From contig CBDBFU010000022.1 in NCBI GenBank assembly GCA_965205025.1, positions 1 through 31,258 of the forward strand: a stretch of 31,258 nt of DNA, read 5' to 3'. Below the pieces are notes generated by a model. The model had not been told where the DNA came from. It ran no database searches and saw only the letters and a program-made list of their open reading frames with translations. This DNA is from Candidatus Poribacteria bacterium (GTDB lineage Bacteria; Poribacteria; WGA-4E; WGA-3G). Numbering within the stretch: position 1 is the stretch's first letter; each line of letters begins with the position of its first letter. A program made the translations under genes and the position numbers. Shown piece by piece: positions 17,830-27,114 of the stretch.

Positions 17830-17945
17830 ACAGGACTTCTATTGTAAGGATTAGACTTAAGTTCTAAAGATCAAACAAAGGATGAATATCTGGTGTATAC
17901 TCAATCAGGTCTTGATTATTACTATAGATTTTGCAGATGATTTAC

Positions 17946-17983
17946 ATAAAGAAAGGCACGTATGTTTACGTACCTTTCTTTAT
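17946..17983. terminator. probable intrinsic terminator hairpin
   Basis: ATAAAGAAAGG-C-ACGTA-TGTT-TACGT-A-CCTTTCTTTAT, ~100 nt downstream of the 18086 stop. Confidence 0.6.
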
Positions 17984-18085
17984 TTTCAGATATATGATTA
18001 CAGATTATCAGCACCTTTATCTGGTTTAATTGAAAATACCACCTATCAATAATTTAGGAAAGTGGCTTTGTTGATCACAGTTCAA

Positions 18086-18346
18086 TCATGAGACATTCTT
18101 GGTAGTAATTGATATACTTGAACTATTATTATCGGATTCATCAGGTTGTATTGTTTGGGTTGGTTGTAGTTTTGGTAATTCTTCCTGTTCGATTTCGGAT
18201 GTCTGTGTACTGGGTGTTTCAATGTAGGTCTCGTCATAATCAAGAAGTGCCAGTTCATGTTGAAACCAGAAATAACAACCCACTGTAAATACTAAAAGGA
18301 ATATACTCCCTCCAATAATCCAATTATCTATAGTAATTTCTTTCAT
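18086..18346 (-). CDS. small single-pass membrane protein with acidic/Pro-Thr tail (possibly truncated)
   Basis: Start moved to ATG 18346 (AAGGAGAG RBS); TM WIIGGSIFLLVFTVGCYFWF; 86 aa. Confidence 0.65.
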   Translation of the reverse strand: MKEITIDNWIIGGSIFLLVFTVGCYFWFQHELALLDYDETYIETPSTQTSEIEQEELPKLQPTQTIQPDESDNNSSSISITTKNVS

Positions 18347-18462
18347 TTCTTCTCTCCTTATTTGTCCTACCATACTTGTAATTTTCTGATTATATATTAT
18401 CTAAAGTTAATTCTTAGACATGTAAATATATTTTGTGTTCAGTAAAAACCTGAAGTTCATTC

Positions 18463-18498
18463 ATGAGATTTATAGATTAAATGAGATTTATAGATTAA
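18463..18498. repeat. 18-bp exact tandem duplication
   Basis: ATGAGATTTATAGATTAA x2. Confidence 0.85.
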
Positions 18499-18526
18499 TG
18501 AGTAAATTGAGAACTATTTATATATA

Positions 18527-18556
18527 TAGACACAATTTAGAGCTAAAAAGGTTGCA
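18527..18556 (-). promoter_or_regulatory. putative ECF sigma promoter
   Basis: TGCAAC-ctttttagctctaaattg-TGTCTA; same motif as upstream of both ECF genes. Confidence 0.6.
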
Positions 18557-18759
18557 TTAAAATGCATATTTCTATTTTAGTTGATAGATTATTGAATTTC
18601 TTCAAAAATAATAGCTGGCTCTGTTGTGTACCTTGTTGATAGTTTCAAAATAGGTTATACCGTAATTTACATGAGAACTTTCTTGGAAAAAGGATAGATA
18701 ATTTTAGATCTCGTCAAAGAGAGTTTATAATAACAGTATGTAACTTCCCGATTGTTATT

Positions 18760-18775
18760 AGCAAGTATTGTGCCA
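18760..18775 (-). promoter_or_regulatory. sigma-54 (-24/-12) promoter
   Basis: Minus strand TGGCAC-AATAC-TTGCT, exact consensus; upstream palindromes at 18950-18963 and 18985-19011. Confidence 0.7.
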
Positions 18776-19089
18776 AATAAGAATATAGGTAATCATATCC
18801 ACATCTAAGGTGAAATAAATTTACTTAATGCCAGTCTTTAACCTAAGAATAGTCTAAGTTTTGCTCTTTAGTCTCGTTTTTGATGGATATATCATTGTTT
18901 CTAAGAACATATTTATATAGAATGCTAATTCTTTTAAGACTACAAAACATGTCAATTTTGACACTAAATTTGCTTAAAATAACGACACATGTGTAAAAAA
19001 GGCACATGTGTTTTGGTGGGTATCCATTGATTGGTTTAAAGAGAGATATATGGTAGGAAATGATAGATCAGGATTTCAACATTTATCTT

Positions 19090-19815
19090 TCAATGTGTTA
19101 GTGTATAAACAATAGCATTTATACCCATTTTGAATGCCATATTCGACAACTCATGTGGATAATAGGGTTCAGCTGCATTCTGCCATGCATCACCTAAATC
19201 AGTATTGAAATTGATCATCATCATAAGGCGTCCCTTATCATCATAAACACCTTTGCATTTTACATGACGACCATCCTTTTCATACATTCTACCACTTAAA
19301 TAGGCAGCAGGGGCAGGGATTTGCATTAACTTGTCAATTTTGAAAAAGCAGTTAAACAACGGATGGGTAAGAGGAATATCTTTGGGTTCGCGGTTTGGGA
19401 AGATCTTCTTATACTGCCTGTAGAATCTCCTCCACTGCTCTGTACCATGAAAATCATCCATCATTATAAAACCACCCCGTAAGAGATACTCGCGTATATT
19501 TGCCGCTTCTTTTTTTGACAGGTTCAGACGACTCAATTCTGCGATATAAGCAAAAGGATAATCAAAGAGTTCCTGATCTCCTACTTCAATTACCTTTTCT
19601 ATTGGTGATACCTTAATATCCGTGTGTTTACGGAGTTGTATGAGTAGGTTTCGTTCAGCCGCTGGATAGTCTATGTGCCATAGACTACGGTATCTATAAC
19701 TTCCATGATATTTTAAACGAACGAAGGTGAATTCATAGTCTTCATTACTATGGGTTGGGTAAGTTATTGACAGTAGCAATAGAGTAATCGGAATGAGATA
19801 TTTTTTTAAATACAT
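19090..19815 (-). CDS. DUF4159 domain protein with signal peptide (paralogue of 15728-16456)
   Basis: FTFVRLKY, DYPAAERN, LFDYPFAYI, IREYLLRGGFIMMDDF, DLGDAWQ, GINAIVYTLTH. Confidence 0.88.
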   Translation of the reverse strand: MYLKKYLIPITLLLLSITYPTHSNEDYEFTFVRLKYHGSYRYRSLWHIDYPAAERNLLIQLRKHTDIKVSPIEKVIEVGDQELFDYPFAYIAELSRLNLSKKEAANIREYLLRGGFIMMDDFHGTEQWRRFYRQYKKIFPNREPKDIPLTHPLFNCFFKIDKLMQIPAPAAYLSGRMYEKDGRHVKCKGVYDDKGRLMMMINFNTDLGDAWQNAAEPYYPHELSNMAFKMGINAIVYTLTH

Positions 19816-20058
19816 AATAATAGTGTCTTTTATATAGAATTGTTTTTACTGAAAAACAATTCTGATGTGTTAATTATTGATGATACTGTATTGTCTCTTC
19901 TGATTATACATTTCCTATTACATAGTTTAAGTTATACAACTATTATATCACAATAATTATAGGAGATGCTATTCATTTTCATCAAAAAATAAATGACAGG
20001 ATGGGATGTAGGATTTATGTGTATTACATTAGTTAATAAATGCTCAATTACTTGATCA

Positions 20059-23000
20059 TTATTGGTTATCAATTGTATACCGAATCACTCCCTGTCCATC
20101 TGTTCCAACATAGATCGTATCCCCTTCAACATCAAAACACATCACTGGATATGGAATTTCTGATGTAATCTGCTTCCATTTACCAGTGTTGTGATTTAGT
20201 TCATATATTATTTGGTTTGATTCCCCGTAGATAATACTATTATCCACTACTAATCTCCCAATTATGAGTGATGTTTCTTCTTCATCGGTCAATGTAAGCC
20301 ATTCAGTTCCATTACCTGATACAACAACACCCTTATTGGTTGCAACATAGACAAAGTTCCCATTAAAAATAACTGACATAATATAATCCACTGCAAATGG
20401 TAAGTTCTTAGTAACATCAACCCAACTTGTTCCTTCATCAGTTGATTTCATGAGATGTCCATCCAGTTTTCCAACGTATACTGTATCATCTGAAACTGCT
20501 AATTTAAAGCCAATTCTATCAAAAAAGTTATTAGTGGACCAAGCAACTTCGGTAGAATCTTTTGTGTCCAATAGGTTTGTGTCATACCATTCTGAATCAC
20601 CGTCTTTCCATCTCCACAACCTGTGATTGTATTCAGCATAATATGTGGCATCTGTCAAAAATAAACTACCGAGCATAGAGACATAATATTTACCTTTCCC
20701 GTGTGGAATTGAGAATAATTGTCTTCTCATTTCAGGGGGTTGATCCATTCTACCTTTGTGTGGATCAAATGTTGGAATAGTAGGTAAATTAGACAGATGT
20801 TGAAGAGTTTTATCTGTATGAGTAAGTTTATATAAGCGTGGAGTTCCTATTTTATCGTCTCTTCCAAACAACTTCCCATTAGATTCAACAATACCGGTAA
20901 TGTATCCAGTATCGCCATGAACCGATGTCCAAGTATCGCCTTTGTCATTGGAATTGACAAGACCTGTATTTGTATTAGCATAGAGTGTACCATTTACTAC
21001 GACTAATTCTCTAATGTTTCTGTTTACAACTCCAGTATTGAACAAATGCCATGTATTCCCTTCGTCAATAGACCGGTGTATCCCATTCGGTCCACATCTG
21101 TAGAAGTTATTATCTGTTATTACTACTTTACGCGTCCAGTTTCTTATATCCATTTCATACTCTAATAATTTCCAAGTCTTACCTGAATTGTTTGAATAAT
21201 ACTGTTTTAATCCGTCGATAAGAAGTAGTTTTTCACCTGAAATAGTACAGTTGAGAGTTGTATCTATAGATTCTGTAAAAGGTAATTCATTTGTTTTCTT
21301 GCGATCTTTCTTACCCATTGGAAATATATTGGATAGTATACTACGTGTTTGATCTTTCTCAATATTTTTTGGGTTTGGTGTTATAGCTTCCCATGTGCTA
21401 CCTTTGTCCACTGATTTAAATAGAGACCAAGACCAGGCAGGTGTGTTACCTCTACTTCTTATAAATCCTGATCTTGGTTTATTAACTATTGAAATTCCAA
21501 ATCCACTACCTGGGTATGGATCACTTGGATCATTGCTTCTTGCAGCATATAGTCTGTTTTCTGTAACTACCAAATTGAATATTGGCAGTGTGTTCTCTTC
21601 CAGATGATTTTCTTTGATAGACAAATGCTCCCAAATGCGTTTCTTTAAACGATATAATCCATTATCAGTTCCTATGAACACTGTGTTTTTTAGTGCAGCA
21701 ATAGATAGAATACGTCTTTCCATTACACCTTCAAAAAGTGGTGTCCAAGAATCACCTGCCTTTTCATATCGATAAACGCCTTTCTTGTAAGCAAGATATA
21801 TGGTTTTATCACTTTGGTCTTCAGGGAATCCATCTGTAATTACCATACCGATAAGTTGCCCTTTTATACGTTCACACACCACATTCCATGTCACACCTCT
21901 ATCTATCGAAGACAATACTCCTGTACTATTTGCAGTATATAGAGCATTCTTATGCTCTATGATCAAATTTGAATTCCATGGATTGCTACTTGTTAAATCA
22001 GGATGTGAAGGATCAATCCTTGAATTAATCAGCTTCCACGTCGACCTATCATCTGAGAGTCTATATAGATCGTTCTTAGTAATCGCATACAAATCACCAC
22101 GGGTTGTCTTATAGAGCGTATTTACTCTGCCGCCTTCTGGACCTATAATTCCACTCCATTGTCCTTTAATTTCCCCTGCCTGATCTTCATCAGTTTTTCC
22201 TGCACCAAAAATTGATGTTGGTGGATTTTGTATTATATTAGTATTCTTTTCACTTACTACTGTTTTTCCCGTCTGACGTTTGATTACAGGTTTTGTATTG
22301 ACATCCATTAAGACTTTGGCGTCAACAATTTCAATCATTGATTCTGAATTAGCGTTTAGACTATAAGGTTGTTGGAACTGTAATAGGTGCTGCGAACCTA
22401 CTCCTAACAATAATAATAGAAAACAAATTGCAGTCACTGCCGATAACCCTAATGGGACTAAAGGTTTACTCCCCGATGAAGAAACTGGGTTAAGCTGAGA
22501 GATTTGCTTCATAATATTCTCTGACATCTGTCTTGGCAATTGAAAACTACTAAGATATTCTTTAATCATGGCTTCTTCCTTTTCTAATCGTTTTCGTGCA
22601 CGATGCAACCGACTCAGAACTGTGTTAATAGATACACCTAAGAACTTGCTTATATCTTCACAAGTCATCTCTCCTATATAGTGTAGGTTCATTACCGTAC
22701 GTTCACTTTCCTGGAGTTTACTGAGAAGTTTCTGAATGATATCGCGCCGTTTTTGGTCTACATCCTCTTCGCGTTGACGATTCATATAATCGGAATAATA
22801 TGCCTGATCTAATTCAACAGGATCTGTATCTTCTAAAGATTCTAAGACTACACGTTTCTTTCGGTGCCAGTTCTTACACTTATTGCTTGTAAGGACATAG
22901 AGCCATCCTTCAAATCGGTTATGGTGTGTAAGTGAGTTAAGTTTTTTATAGGCAGTAAGGAAAGTGTCCTGAGCAATTTCTTGTGCAATATGATAATCAC

Positions 23001-23118
23001 CAATTTTCTGCCACGCTAAAGCGTGAACCTGTTTTTGGTATTTTTCCACAAGCATAGTAAACGCTTGTTGGTCACCTTCTAAAGTACGTTGAATTAATTC
23101 AGTATCATTATTCTGCAT
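20059..23118 (-). CDS. ECF sigma factor fused to a TM helix and an Asp-box beta-propeller
   Basis: sigma2 (GDQQAFTMLVEKY, AQEIAQDTFL, FEGWLY), sigma4 (LQESERTV, ISKFLGVSINTVLSRLHRARKRL), TM LGLSAVTAICFLLLLLGVG, repeats SIDRGVTW, SVDKGSTW, SIDEGNTW, SNDKGDTW, STDEGTSW. Confidence 0.92.
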   Translation of the reverse strand: MQNNDTELIQRTLEGDQQAFTMLVEKYQKQVHALAWQKIGDYHIAQEIAQDTFLTAYKKLNSLTHHNRFEGWLYVLTSNKCKNWHRKKRVVLESLEDTDPVELDQAYYSDYMNRQREEDVDQKRRDIIQKLLSKLQESERTVMNLHYIGEMTCEDISKFLGVSINTVLSRLHRARKRLEKEEAMIKEYLSSFQLPRQMSENIMKQISQLNPVSSSGSKPLVPLGLSAVTAICFLLLLLGVGSQHLLQFQQPYSLNANSESMIEIVDAKVLMDVNTKPVIKRQTGKTVVSEKNTNIIQNPPTSIFGAGKTDEDQAGEIKGQWSGIIGPEGGRVNTLYKTTRGDLYAITKNDLYRLSDDRSTWKLINSRIDPSHPDLTSSNPWNSNLIIEHKNALYTANSTGVLSSIDRGVTWNVVCERIKGQLIGMVITDGFPEDQSDKTIYLAYKKGVYRYEKAGDSWTPLFEGVMERRILSIAALKNTVFIGTDNGLYRLKKRIWEHLSIKENHLEENTLPIFNLVVTENRLYAARSNDPSDPYPGSGFGISIVNKPRSGFIRSRGNTPAWSWSLFKSVDKGSTWEAITPNPKNIEKDQTRSILSNIFPMGKKDRKKTNELPFTESIDTTLNCTISGEKLLLIDGLKQYYSNNSGKTWKLLEYEMDIRNWTRKVVITDNNFYRCGPNGIHRSIDEGNTWHLFNTGVVNRNIRELVVVNGTLYANTNTGLVNSNDKGDTWTSVHGDTGYITGIVESNGKLFGRDDKIGTPRLYKLTHTDKTLQHLSNLPTIPTFDPHKGRMDQPPEMRRQLFSIPHGKGKYYVSMLGSLFLTDATYYAEYNHRLWRWKDGDSEWYDTNLLDTKDSTEVAWSTNNFFDRIGFKLAVSDDTVYVGKLDGHLMKSTDEGTSWVDVTKNLPFAVDYIMSVIFNGNFVYVATNKGVVVSGNGTEWLTLTDEEETSLIIGRLVVDNSIIYGESNQIIYELNHNTGKWKQITSEIPYPVMCFDVEGDTIYVGTDGQGVIRYTIDNQ

Positions 23119-23152
23119 TACACACCATCACATAAGTAGCTCTTTTAAATTA

Positions 23153-23181
23153 AAGACACAATTTTGAGACGAATTATTGCA
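23153..23181 (-). promoter_or_regulatory. putative ECF sigma promoter (autoregulatory)
   Basis: TGCAAT-aattcgtctcaaaattg-TGTCTT, ~35 nt upstream of the start codon. Confidence 0.55.
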
Positions 23182-23293
23182 TAATTTGAAAGAATTTTGA
23201 TTTTGTAGTTTTCTTTTAGAGAATAGAAATTGATATGTAATCCATAATTTACCATATTCAATTATAGATTATATATCAATTTGATTGTTGATT

Positions 23294-23324
23294 AAAAGAA
23301 AAGCGAGGTTTCTCGCCTCGCTTT
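23294..23324 (-). terminator. intrinsic terminator
   Basis: Minus strand AAAGCGAGG-CGAGAAA-CCTCGCTTT followed by TCTTTT, between the two ECF genes. Confidence 0.7.
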
Positions 23325-23394
23325 GGATAATTACAACTCTAACTTTTTGTATCGTAGTAAATATACTATAGTTTGGATAGTTTTAAGTGATACA

Positions 23395-23957
23395 CCTTTC
23401 ACCCCTCATGAAGTTAAAGAATTTATTCGGGTAATTTCCAGTTTCTTGTAGAATCCGGTGCGGTTAGGAAACCGCACTATAGGCGTCAATTTAGTGGTTT
23501 TCCCAGGCCGGTAGGTGCGATTTCCTAATCGCACCATAGGCATCAATTTAGGATACACCTTTCGCCCCGCTGGGGCTTAGTGTTTTGTGTTTATTACGTT
23601 TTCTACAAACCTTTCGCCCCGCTAGGGCTTGGGATATTGGTGATAACCACTTCTATAGACATTCCGTCCCTACGGGACTCAAAACCAATAAATCATAGTC
23701 TAAATTGACGCTAATAGTGCGATTTCCTAATCGCACTGGATCCTTCGCGAAAAACTTTATGAACGCAATTGGAACAAACCCGGTTCGGTTAGGAAACCGA
23801 ACCTACCGACCTGAAATTTATAGCGTACTTCTCCTTAAATTGACGCCTATGAATCAACGGTATGAATGCTATTTAGCATTCCCCGTGGTTAGGAAACCGC
23901 ACCTACCAGCTCTGGGTCCAAATTGCCTATTTTATTTTTTTAACTTCATCTGGGGCT
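23395..23957. mobile_element. multi-level nested MITE/REP composite
   Basis: Split hairpin CCTTTCACCCCTC / CTGGGGCT encloses an A-like element (ATGAAGTTAAA 23408 ... TTTAACTTCAT 23949), which encloses D (23478-23851), which encloses a second D (23535-23716) containing three more hairpin repeats; B unit at 23851-23885. Confidence 0.85.
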
Positions 23958-24099
23958 ATGCTTTGGTCTAACAGATTTTACTTTTTTTAGAGTTGGATTA
24001 GTGCGAGAAAAGTGGCAAAACCGGAAACACATTGAAAATAGGATGAGTACTTTTCAGAAAATGTCCATACTATAGTAAATATAATATGGACAAATTGTC

Positions 24100-27048
24100 T
24101 TATTCGTCAAGTGTGAATCGAAATACTCCACCACCTTGTGTTCCAACATAAATTGTACTATCATCAACATCAAGACAGGTAACTTGATAAGGGATTTCAG
24201 GTGTAACTTGCTTCCATATTCTTGAATTTTCTTCTATCAGATACACTTTCTTTCCTACAAGTCCAAATAATCTTGTACCGTCCACATTTAGTTTATCTGC
24301 AACAATAGGTATACCATCAGTATCCATGAGTACATCCCAGTCAATGCCATTTTCTGATAGGACGACACCTTTATCAGTTGAAACATAGATAGTATTTCCC
24401 AGAATAGTAATTGTTTTGAATTGATTGACAGACCATGGAAGATTGTCAGTTATATCTTTCCATGTTTCACCCTCATCAACTGACTGCATCAGATGACCAT
24501 TTCTTTTACCGACATACACAGTATTACCTATCACAGCAAATTTACTATTTGTTAAAAATACCAGTCCATGAGTATCTGTAAGTTCATAGTAATTTTTTCC
24601 ATCCAATATTTTGGTATCATACCATTTTGATGTACCAGGTTTCCATCGGTAAAGACTGTCATTATATTCTATATAGATAGCAGCATCACTAACCGCAATA
24701 CCCCATTTTGAAGGAGCAATTTCTATCCAATATTTTTCTGAATAATTAATGTCAGGACCAGATGATTTTCCTTTTTTAGATTTCCGTAGAATATCCGATC
24801 TGTCATTTATCGGGATCCAACGATTGTCCTTTTCGTTAATAGCCAATTCTGGGATAGCTGGGACTAAGACAAATTTCTTTTCTTGACTTGAAAAATGCAT
24901 GAGTCTTCTGTCTGCATTTATCCGATAGAACTTCCCATCAGAACCTTTAATTATATTCTTTACATTTGCTTCAGATAGAATAGATGTCCACGATTCACCT
25001 TTATCATTTGAAGCAAAAAGTCCTGTATCTACATAAGCATAAATTGTATTGTCTATTGTTACTAAATTGTTGATATGTGTTCCAATCAATCCAAAATTGA
25101 ATTTTTGCCATGACTTACCACCGTTCATTGTACGATGAATTCCATGTATACCACATTTGAAAAAAGTATCAGTATTTAACATGACAGCATCAGTTGTATT
25201 GTAAAAGTGTGCATGATTACCAGTATCATAAGTCCAATCTTCACCTTCGTTTTCTGAATAATAATTCATTCCTTGTACTATAATTACCTTTTTACCTGCA
25301 GCAACAATCTTAATATTGGGATTAGAGTTATTATATCTATTCTTCATCAGGTTTTCTCTTGGTTGCATTAAATTCCAAGAATTACCACCGTCAATCGAAC
25401 GGTAAAAGAAACAACTGGAATCACTTAATGTGGAAAAAGTAATGTATTGACCATACTTTTGTGTGATTATATTACCAACTGCGACGTATATTCGATTTCC
25501 AGAAACTGTTAAGTCGAGAATCGACCAAGTGTTATTTTTCATTTCTGTATTGTCAAATGTAATTAATTCCCAGTTTTTATCATTTAGACGATAGAGTCCT
25601 TGGTCTGTTCCTGCGAATATAGTTTTTTCAACAGTTGCCATAGAACGGATTTTCTTATCAATTAAACCTTCCCGTAAGGGTGTCCAAGTGTTTCCCATAT
25701 CAACAGTACGGATGATCCTATCTGGTAGTGCAAGATAAATTACTACTTCAGCCGCTGTTTCTGAAATACTGTCAGTAATCTCAATGCCAACAGGGAATCC
25801 CTTAGGATGGGAACAAAGTGTTTTCCAAGTTTCTCCTCTGTCTAATGAAGTCAATATTTCATTGTTAGTGGCTATAAATAGAATGTCATTTCGTTCTGTT
25901 ACAGGCCACCACTTCATAGGATTCTCATTTGAAGTAGTAAATGGATCATTGAATTTATATACATGTATCCATCTATTACCGTCATCCGAAAGTCTATAAA
26001 GATGGTTTCGAGCTCCCGCATATATGTCACCACGAGTTGATACGAAAAGGTCTGAGACTCTACCACCTTCCGGACCTTTTGTCTGAATCCACTGTGAATC
26101 GGAGTGTGTTGCCTTATCTTGATTGTCTTGTGTTATATCGTCAACAACATCAGTTTTCTGGTTTTTACCATTGTTCTGAGCAGTTATATCAGATCCTCCA
26201 ATTAACTTCTTAACAACTGGTTTTGATGGTAAATCCAATACAATTTGTGCATCAACAATCTCTATAGTATTTTTTGATGAACCGGTTAAATTGTAAGGTT
26301 GCTGAAATTGTAGCTGCGGTTGTGAACCAATTCCCATAAGCAGTAGAACCAATACAACAGATATAGAAGAAATCGCCAATGGTATAAGGGGTTTGCTTCC
26401 AACCGGAGGAGTCGATGGAATTTGATTTTTTACCTTCTTCATAATGTTATCAGCCATGTGTGATGGTAATTTAAAACTATTAAGGTTTTCTATGATTAAA
26501 TCTTCGTCCTTTTTCAATCTGTTCCGAGCACGATTCAGCCTACTTTTAATAGTATTCTGAGAGACACCAAGAAACTTGCTAATAGATTCACATGTCATTT
26601 CCCCAAGATAATGAAGTGTCATTACAGTTCGTTCACTTTCCGGTAATTTATTCAGCAATTTTCTCACCAAGAGTCGACGAGATTCATCTTCATCCAATTT
26701 ACGCTGTTCTTCAACATATTCATTGTATGACACTTGATCCACCTCTTTAGTATCAACGGTCTCTAAGGATTGTATGGGTAAATGATTCTTACGTAACCAA
26801 TCTGCACATAGACGTATGGCAATTACATATAACCACCCAGAAAACATCTTATGGTCTTTCAAAGTGTCCAGTCTTTGATATGCCTTTAGAAAAGCATCCT
26901 GCGTAATTTCCTGGGCAATATGAAAGTCCCCAATCTTTTGCCATATCAAGGCATGCAGTCCTTTTTGGTATTTCTCTACTAAAGTAGTAAATGCTGCTTG
27001 GTTTCCGTCTAATATCTGCTGAATCAATTCAACATCTTTCATTTTCAT
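24100..27048 (-). CDS. ECF sigma factor fused to a TM helix and an Asp-box beta-propeller (paralogue)
   Basis: GNQAAFTTLVEKY, AQEITQDAFL, LPESERTV, FLGVSQNTIKSRLNRARNRL, TM LAISSISVVLVLLLMGIG, repeats SLDRGETW, TVDMGNTW, SIDGGNSW, SNDKGESW, SVDEGETW; GGAGG RBS. Confidence 0.92.
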   Translation of the reverse strand: MKMKDVELIQQILDGNQAAFTTLVEKYQKGLHALIWQKIGDFHIAQEITQDAFLKAYQRLDTLKDHKMFSGWLYVIAIRLCADWLRKNHLPIQSLETVDTKEVDQVSYNEYVEEQRKLDEDESRRLLVRKLLNKLPESERTVMTLHYLGEMTCESISKFLGVSQNTIKSRLNRARNRLKKDEDLIIENLNSFKLPSHMADNIMKKVKNQIPSTPPVGSKPLIPLAISSISVVLVLLLMGIGSQPQLQFQQPYNLTGSSKNTIEIVDAQIVLDLPSKPVVKKLIGGSDITAQNNGKNQKTDVVDDITQDNQDKATHSDSQWIQTKGPEGGRVSDLFVSTRGDIYAGARNHLYRLSDDGNRWIHVYKFNDPFTTSNENPMKWWPVTERNDILFIATNNEILTSLDRGETWKTLCSHPKGFPVGIEITDSISETAAEVVIYLALPDRIIRTVDMGNTWTPLREGLIDKKIRSMATVEKTIFAGTDQGLYRLNDKNWELITFDNTEMKNNTWSILDLTVSGNRIYVAVGNIITQKYGQYITFSTLSDSSCFFYRSIDGGNSWNLMQPRENLMKNRYNNSNPNIKIVAAGKKVIIVQGMNYYSENEGEDWTYDTGNHAHFYNTTDAVMLNTDTFFKCGIHGIHRTMNGGKSWQKFNFGLIGTHINNLVTIDNTIYAYVDTGLFASNDKGESWTSILSEANVKNIIKGSDGKFYRINADRRLMHFSSQEKKFVLVPAIPELAINEKDNRWIPINDRSDILRKSKKGKSSGPDINYSEKYWIEIAPSKWGIAVSDAAIYIEYNDSLYRWKPGTSKWYDTKILDGKNYYELTDTHGLVFLTNSKFAVIGNTVYVGKRNGHLMQSVDEGETWKDITDNLPWSVNQFKTITILGNTIYVSTDKGVVLSENGIDWDVLMDTDGIPIVADKLNVDGTRLFGLVGKKVYLIEENSRIWKQVTPEIPYQVTCLDVDDSTIYVGTQGGGVFRFTLDE

Positions 27049-27084
27049 AAGAATCCTCCAAAGATTTAATCACCCTTATTAAAT

Positions 27085-27114
27085 TAGACGTAAATTAGAT
27101 GGTCTATAGTTGCA
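27085..27114 (-). promoter_or_regulatory. putative ECF sigma promoter (autoregulatory)
   Basis: TGCAAC-tatagaccatctaattta-CGTCTA, ~36 nt upstream of the start codon; AAC...CGT is the canonical ECF pattern. Confidence 0.65.

Noticed and set aside
23705-23971. 88-aa ORF as a transposase remnant
   Set aside because: Composed of REP and MITE sequence, with no DDE or HUH motif.
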